Assembly (NCBI GenBank): GCA_964409335.1
Contig: CAYPCW010000001.1
Location: 31,570 to 95,569 of the forward strand
Direction of reading: 5' to 3'
Length of the DNA: 64,000 nucleotides
Origin: an uncultured bacterium
GTDB taxonomy: Bacteria; Fidelibacterota; Marinisomatia; SCGC-AAA003-L08; JACNLC01
A model generated the notes under the pieces. The model made no database searches, was not told where the DNA came from, and saw nothing but the letters and a program-made list of their open reading frames with translations. Positions 59,605 to 64,000 of this stretch are shown here, in pieces; positions within the stretch are counted from its first letter, which is position 1, and every line of letters begins with the position of its first letter. Made by a program: the position numbers and the translations under genes.

Positions 59605-60486
59605 TTACCAGCCTCTTTCTTGCATTCGCTGGTCTTCAGGAATCTCCCGGATATCAAGTCCCTTCATGGCAGTCCCCAGACCTTCGGAAATTTCAGCTAA
59701 TTTACTAAAATCGTTATAGTATGTGACTGCTAGAACAATCGCTTTTGCTCTGGGAGCAGGATCTTCAGATTTAAAAATTCCGGATCCGACAAATACAGAC
59801 TCAGCGCCTAATTGCATCATGAGGGATACATCTGCGGGCGTGGCAATCCCGCCGGCGCTGAAATTTGGAACGGGGAGTTTTCCGCTTTTCGATATTTCTA
59901 CAACCAATTCAATAGGAGCGCTTAATTTTTTAGCTTCTGCCATTAATTGATCATATCCTAATGTGGTCAGCCGCTTAATATCATTCTGTATCGTGCGCAT
60001 ATGCCGGACGGCTTCAACGATGTTTCCTGAACCGGCTTCGCCTTTGGTTCGGATCATCGCAGCGCCCTCACCGATACGCCTCAGAGCTTCGCCCAGGTCC
60101 CGCGCACCACACACGAAGGGAATCTTAAAATCGTGTTTCCAGATATGATTTGATTCGTCGGCAGGTGTTAATACTTCACTTTCATCGATAAAATCCACCT
60201 CAAGAGCTTCGAGGATCTGTGCTTCTGCGAAATGACCGATCCGGCATTTCGCCATCACGGGAATGGACACTTTCGCCTGTATGGCTTTGATCATTTTTGG
60301 ATCAGATGCCCTTGCGATCCCGCCGTCTCTCCGAATATCGGCAGGAATTCTTTCCAGAGCCATGACAGCAACCGCCCCGGCATCTTCGGCGATCTGAGCC
60401 TGTTCCGGCGTAGTAACATCCATAATCACACCGCCTTTCAGCATTTCTGCCAGGCCTTTTTTTAATTCAAATGTTCCTGTTTTCAT
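59605..60486 (-). CDS. pdxS: pyridoxal 5'-phosphate synthase lyase subunit
   Basis: [25 protein letters not shown] and GGIATPADV motifs. Confidence 0.97.
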   Translation of the reverse strand: MKTGTFELKKGLAEMLKGGVIMDVTTPEQAQIAEDAGAVAVMALERIPADIRRDGGIARASDPKMIKAIQAKVSIPVMAKCRIGHFAEAQILEALEVDFIDESEVLTPADESNHIWKHDFKIPFVCGARDLGEALRRIGEGAAMIRTKGEAGSGNIVEAVRHMRTIQNDIKRLTTLGYDQLMAEAKKLSAPIELVVEISKSGKLPVPNFSAGGIATPADVSLMMQLGAESVFVGSGIFKSEDPAPRAKAIVLAVTYYNDFSKLAEISEGLGTAMKGLDIREIPEDQRMQERGW

Positions 60487-61325
60487 TGATTATTTCCCAA
60501 TTTTGATAATTTTTCTTTGACTTCATCAATAATGTAGTCCGGGGTGGAAGCGCCAGCGGAAATCCCCACCGTCTGAACCCCTTTAAACCAACCCGGGCTG
60601 AGATCATCAACAGTGGTCACCTGATATGACCGGGGATTTATATTTTTCGATAGTTGGGTCAGTCTTTTTGAATTTGCACTGGTAAAGGATCCGATAATCA
60701 ACATCACCTCACATTTTTCCGCCAGGATTTTGATCTGTTCCTGATTTCGTTTAGTGGGAAAACAGATTGTGTTGACAAAATGCAGATCGAATACTTTCGT
60801 CATCAGAATATTGACAATTTCCTGTACATTTTCAATGGTTTGCGTAGATTGGCTGACCACCCCGACCTGTTTCATCTTTCTGAGGGTTTTCGCTTCTTCA
60901 GGGGAGGATATAACGATGGCATTGTCAATCTGGCTGGTGATGCCGATGACTTCATCATGTCCGTGATCTCCAATCACGATGATCTGCCTGCCCTCCTGTG
61001 CAAGGTGCTTAACTTCCTTGTGAATTTCATGAACCAGTGGACAAGTTGCGTCAATGATATTCATATTCCGGGATTTCGCATTCTCCCAGATAGGTGTTGC
61101 TGTTCCATGCGCCCGGAACAATACCGGGCTGTCGGATGGAATGTCTTCCAGGCTGTCAACAACCGTCGTTCCCGCTTGCGAGAGGTCGGCCACAACTTTT
61201 TCATTATGCACAATATCGCCAAGCATATAAACAGAGCCGTGTTTTTTTGCAGTATCATATGCTATATTCACTGCATCCCGAACACCAAAACAGTATCCCG
61301 CATCCCGGGCAATTATGATTTTCAC
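60483..61325 (-). CDS. ispH: 4-hydroxy-3-methylbut-2-enyl diphosphate reductase
   Basis: AGYCFGV, ATCPLV and SANS motifs providing the three Fe-S Cys ligands. 280 aa. Confidence 0.95.
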   Translation of the reverse strand: MKIIIARDAGYCFGVRDAVNIAYDTAKKHGSVYMLGDIVHNEKVVADLSQAGTTVVDSLEDIPSDSPVLFRAHGTATPIWENAKSRNMNIIDATCPLVHEIHKEVKHLAQEGRQIIVIGDHGHDEVIGITSQIDNAIVISSPEEAKTLRKMKQVGVVSQSTQTIENVQEIVNILMTKVFDLHFVNTICFPTKRNQEQIKILAEKCEVMLIIGSFTSANSKRLTQLSKNINPRSYQVTTVDDLSPGWFKGVQTVGISAGASTPDYIIDEVKEKLSKLGNNQ

Positions 61326-61326
61326 C

Positions 61327-61890
61327 TTAATCTTCCTTCATTTTGGGAAGCGTAATGCCTGTCTGTGACTGATATTTCCCTGCTTTGTCTTTGTAAGAAA
61401 CACGACATGCTTCATCACTCTCAAAGAACAATACCTGACACAAACCTTCGTTGGAATATATTTTAGCCGGCAAGGGAGTAGTATTGGAAATTTCCAAAGT
61501 CACGAAGCCTTCCCATTCCGGCTCGAAGGGTGTAACGTTCACAATTATTCCACATCGGGCATAGGTGGACTTTCCCACACAGATTGTCAAAATGTTTCGT
61601 GGGATGCGGAAATATTCAACGCTTCGTGCCAGTGCAAAACTATTCGGGGGAATGATGCAGATTTCTCCATGGTAATTTATAAATGAGCGCTCATCAAAAT
61701 GCTTGGGATCGATAATACTGCTATTGACATTCGTGAAAATTTTGTATTCATCAGAAACTCGAAGGTCGTACCCATACGATGATAGTCCGAAGGAAATTTT
61801 TTCCTTATGATTTTGACAGGTCTCAAAAGGGTCGATCATTTTGTGTTCAATAGCCATTTTTTCAATCCATAAATCGCTTTTAATCGACAT
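61327..61890 (-). CDS. dcd: dCTP deaminase
   Basis: 187 aa with [15 protein letters not shown] and FEPEWEG-type motifs. Confidence 0.93.
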   Translation of the reverse strand: MSIKSDLWIEKMAIEHKMIDPFETCQNHKEKISFGLSSYGYDLRVSDEYKIFTNVNSSIIDPKHFDERSFINYHGEICIIPPNSFALARSVEYFRIPRNILTICVGKSTYARCGIIVNVTPFEPEWEGFVTLEISNTTPLPAKIYSNEGLCQVLFFESDEACRVSYKDKAGKYQSQTGITLPKMKED

Positions 61891-62899
61891 GGGCAGTTCC
61901 CTGGATCTTATGTTGAATTTCGTAAAGAATCATTTTTTCTGCGGATACAATATCACATTTATCAATGATTGCCCCTGCTGCAAAGGGATGCCCGCCACCC
62001 TTGAATTTTTCGGCAATATCATTTACCGAATAAATCCCTTTTGATCTGAAATTCAATCTGATTTTCCGGTCCGGTAACTCCAGAATCATGCAGGCAATTT
62101 CAACTCCGTTGATACTTCTTATAAAGTCCGTGAACCCTTCTATATCCTCAGGTGTCGCTCCATGATCATTCAGCATTTTAGCGTCGATAATAAACCACGC
62201 AAACTGATCTGAAAAATCGAATTTGATGCCATCAATGACTTTTCCGAGCAGACGAACCTGAACCAGGGGTCTGCTCTCATAAATATGACGTTGAATTTCA
62301 TGGGGTTTTACACCAGACTCAATCAGCCGTGCCGCCATCTCATGTGAAGAAGAATTGGTATTGCTGTATCTGAAGGAACCGGTATCGGTAATGAGTGCAA
62401 CGTACAAGGGAATAGCGACATCTAAAGGCATAAGTTTACTTTGCCGCGCATTGACCAGATAATGGTACACCATTGAACCGGTGGATGGTTCATGGGTATC
62501 CACGATGGTAAAACTATAGTCGCTTTCATGTCTGACAGGGTGGTGATCGATACAAATAGTAATTGTTTTGGGAGAGAATAACTTCCTCATGTCACCGATT
62601 CGTTTGATTTCACCAATATCTAAAATGATAACCAGATCAACGTTTTTGATCCACTGGTCAAACACAGTCTTATAGGTTTCTATAACATGTCGGGTATCCA
62701 GAAAAGTGTACAGATCGGGTAATTTGGATGAATTGATGATCCGGCATTCCTTGCCTATGTCTGAAAGATGATAATAGAACCCAAGTTCTGACCCGATACC
62801 ATCCCCATCCGGGTTAATATGCGAGGTTAGCAAAATCGATTTTGCTGATTTGATTTCGCGATCAAGAATATCCTGCAATATATTAGTAATTTTATTCAT
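61880..62899 (-). CDS. nrnA: DHH/DHHA1 phosphoesterase (NrnA-like oligoribonuclease / pAp phosphatase)
   Basis: [15 protein letters not shown] (IDHHP) and GGGHPFAAG motifs. Confidence 0.8.
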   Translation of the reverse strand: MNKITNILQDILDREIKSAKSILLTSHINPDGDGIGSELGFYYHLSDIGKECRIINSSKLPDLYTFLDTRHVIETYKTVFDQWIKNVDLVIILDIGEIKRIGDMRKLFSPKTITICIDHHPVRHESDYSFTIVDTHEPSTGSMVYHYLVNARQSKLMPLDVAIPLYVALITDTGSFRYSNTNSSSHEMAARLIESGVKPHEIQRHIYESRPLVQVRLLGKVIDGIKFDFSDQFAWFIIDAKMLNDHGATPEDIEGFTDFIRSINGVEIACMILELPDRKIRLNFRSKGIYSVNDIAEKFKGGGHPFAAGAIIDKCDIVSAEKMILYEIQHKIQGTAHVD

Positions 62900-63038
62900 A
62901 ATTTAACTCAAAATTTACCCGAAATCATCAAACAGTTCCTATCTCTTACAGACGGATCTGTAATCTCAATTTAACGTTTTAAAGCGAATCATTCAAAAAA
63001 TCCCCACAGAATCAGGAATACCCCAATTGAAAATTGTA

Positions 63039-63725
63039 TTAATTGGTCCGCCGCCTTTTCGTAGCTGACCTGACACTCGAAATTCTACCGCTATTCATAG
63101 TAATAAAAATAGTAACCATCTTTTTAAGCGCTTCGGCGTTTAGAGTCGTCACGATGACGGTATTACCATCGTAGTTACTTTTTTTATATAATATTCTGAC
63201 TACATTCATGAGAGCATCCGGTGATAAATGTTTCTCAATTTCGTCGATTAACAATACTTTAGTGTCGGCAGCAATTGCAGCCGCTAATACTACCCATCTT
63301 AACTGACCGGGTGTCAATTTTTTCATAGGTCGTTCAAACAAGTGGGTGATATCCATCTGCTTCGCAATTTTATCAATTCGCTTGTCCTTGTCTTTCTGCG
63401 TATGTTCATAACGATCCAGGGTCTTGTTCAGGTACTTTTCAACGGTTCCCCAGGGTATTTTATTTTCCTGCGGGACAATGGCGAGTTGATTGGATAATTC
63501 TTTTTTAGGTATTGCATAAAGATTCTTCCCATCATAATTAATTTCACCGGAATTGATTTTTAACTGATTAGATAAAATGTTAAAAAACGTTGTTTTTCCG
63601 GAACCAGGCTTACCGGATATAGAATACACCGTCCCCCGGTGAATTTCAAATTTCTTTATATCAAGCGCTCTAAAATTATCTGACTGATATACAACTTCCT
63701 TTAATTCATAAAGTGGTAACTGCAT
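63039..63725 (-). CDS. orphan ABC-type ATPase with a divergent signature motif
   Basis: GKPGSGKTT Walker A, LTPGQ in place of LSGGQ, and LLIDE Walker B. No permease gene is adjacent. Confidence 0.65.
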   Translation of the reverse strand: MQLPLYELKEVVYQSDNFRALDIKKFEIHRGTVYSISGKPGSGKTTFFNILSNQLKINSGEINYDGKNLYAIPKKELSNQLAIVPQENKIPWGTVEKYLNKTLDRYEHTQKDKDKRIDKIAKQMDITHLFERPMKKLTPGQLRWVVLAAAIAADTKVLLIDEIEKHLSPDALMNVVRILYKKSNYDGNTVIVTTLNAEALKKMVTIFITMNSGRISSVRSATKRRRTN

Positions 63726-63737
63726 TACTTTTTCCTT

Positions 63738-64000
63738 TCAAATCGCATTAAAAAAATTAAATAAAACCTGTCTGCACCATGTCAGATCAGGAGAACTTTT
63801 TTGCCCTTTCAGGGTAACAGGTGTTTTTCCGTGGTAATGGCTTAATTCGTCCATCAACGCCGAGGAACATTCTGGATGAAACTGCAACCCAAAGATGTGT
63901 TCGTCAAAGCAGATGGCCCGGGGGCTATTTTCATTCTCTGCTAACATCACGGAACCCTCAGGCACTACCGCCACTATATCCTTGTGGGACTCGCAGGCAA
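63738..64000 (-). CDS. class I glutamine amidotransferase domain protein, 3' part (5' end outside the window)
   Basis: GLQFHPE catalytic His/Glu motif. The reading frame stays open upstream of the track's GTG (…CESHKDIVAVVPEG) to the window edge. Confidence 0.7.
   Translation of the reverse strand, partial: ACESHKDIVAVVPEGSVMLAENENSPRAICFDEHIFGLQFHPECSSALMDELSHYHGKTPVTLKGQKSSPDLTWCRQVLFNFFNAI

Noticed and set aside
1-64000. CRISPR arrays, tandem or interspersed repeats, insertion sequences, and defence or toxin-antitoxin modules.
   Set aside because: No regularly spaced direct repeats, inverted terminal repeats, transposase, reverse-transcriptase, nuclease-helicase or small paired ORFs were found. 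Coding density and conserved synteny leave no room for such elements. A systematic repeat search was not possible by eye, so short dispersed repeats cannot be excluded.

Overview
This is a gene-dense chromosomal core segment from a moderately AT-rich diderm bacterium. The gene content (Bat/MoxR, TamB plus Omp85, LolCDE, GGGP synthase) suggests an FCB-type or candidate-phylum lineage, but taxonomy cannot be proven from this window. I annotate about 60 protein genes. All are on the minus strand except five: a DAACS symporter, a THUMP methyltransferase, a DNPH1-like gene, dusB and a PHP-domain protein. Most genes are housekeeping and sit in well-known syntenic strings: yajC-def-fmt-...-rpe, efp-accB-accC, tilS-hpt-ftsH-folP, prfB-lysS, pdxS-pdxT and miaA-mutL. 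I found no rRNA, tRNA, CRISPR array, transposase, prophage or recognisable defence or toxin system, and I cannot point to a self-contained novel multi-gene system. The leads worth a second look fall into three groups. (1) Recoding and initiation oddities read directly from the sequence: a single in-frame TGA at the conserved Gly of a polyprenol/diacylglycerol-kinase-family gene; the classical prfB +1 frameshift; and two to three genes (rpe, xerD, possibly an MBL hydrolase) whose conserved N-termini are encoded upstream of any canonical start, leaving only ATT/ATC codons that abut the upstream stop with a well-spaced GGAG. (2) Two archaeal-signature enzymes in a bacterial context: a GGGP-synthase-family protein and a type II GAPDH-like dehydrogenase. 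The latter is packed tightly with a YbdK-type ligase and an MBL hydrolase. (3) Atypical operon architectures: a kinase-less PASTA protein in the prkC slot, and a vWA-less MoxR-DUF58 Bat-like operon next to TamB/Omp85. All functional calls rest on motif recognition by eye. No searches were run.
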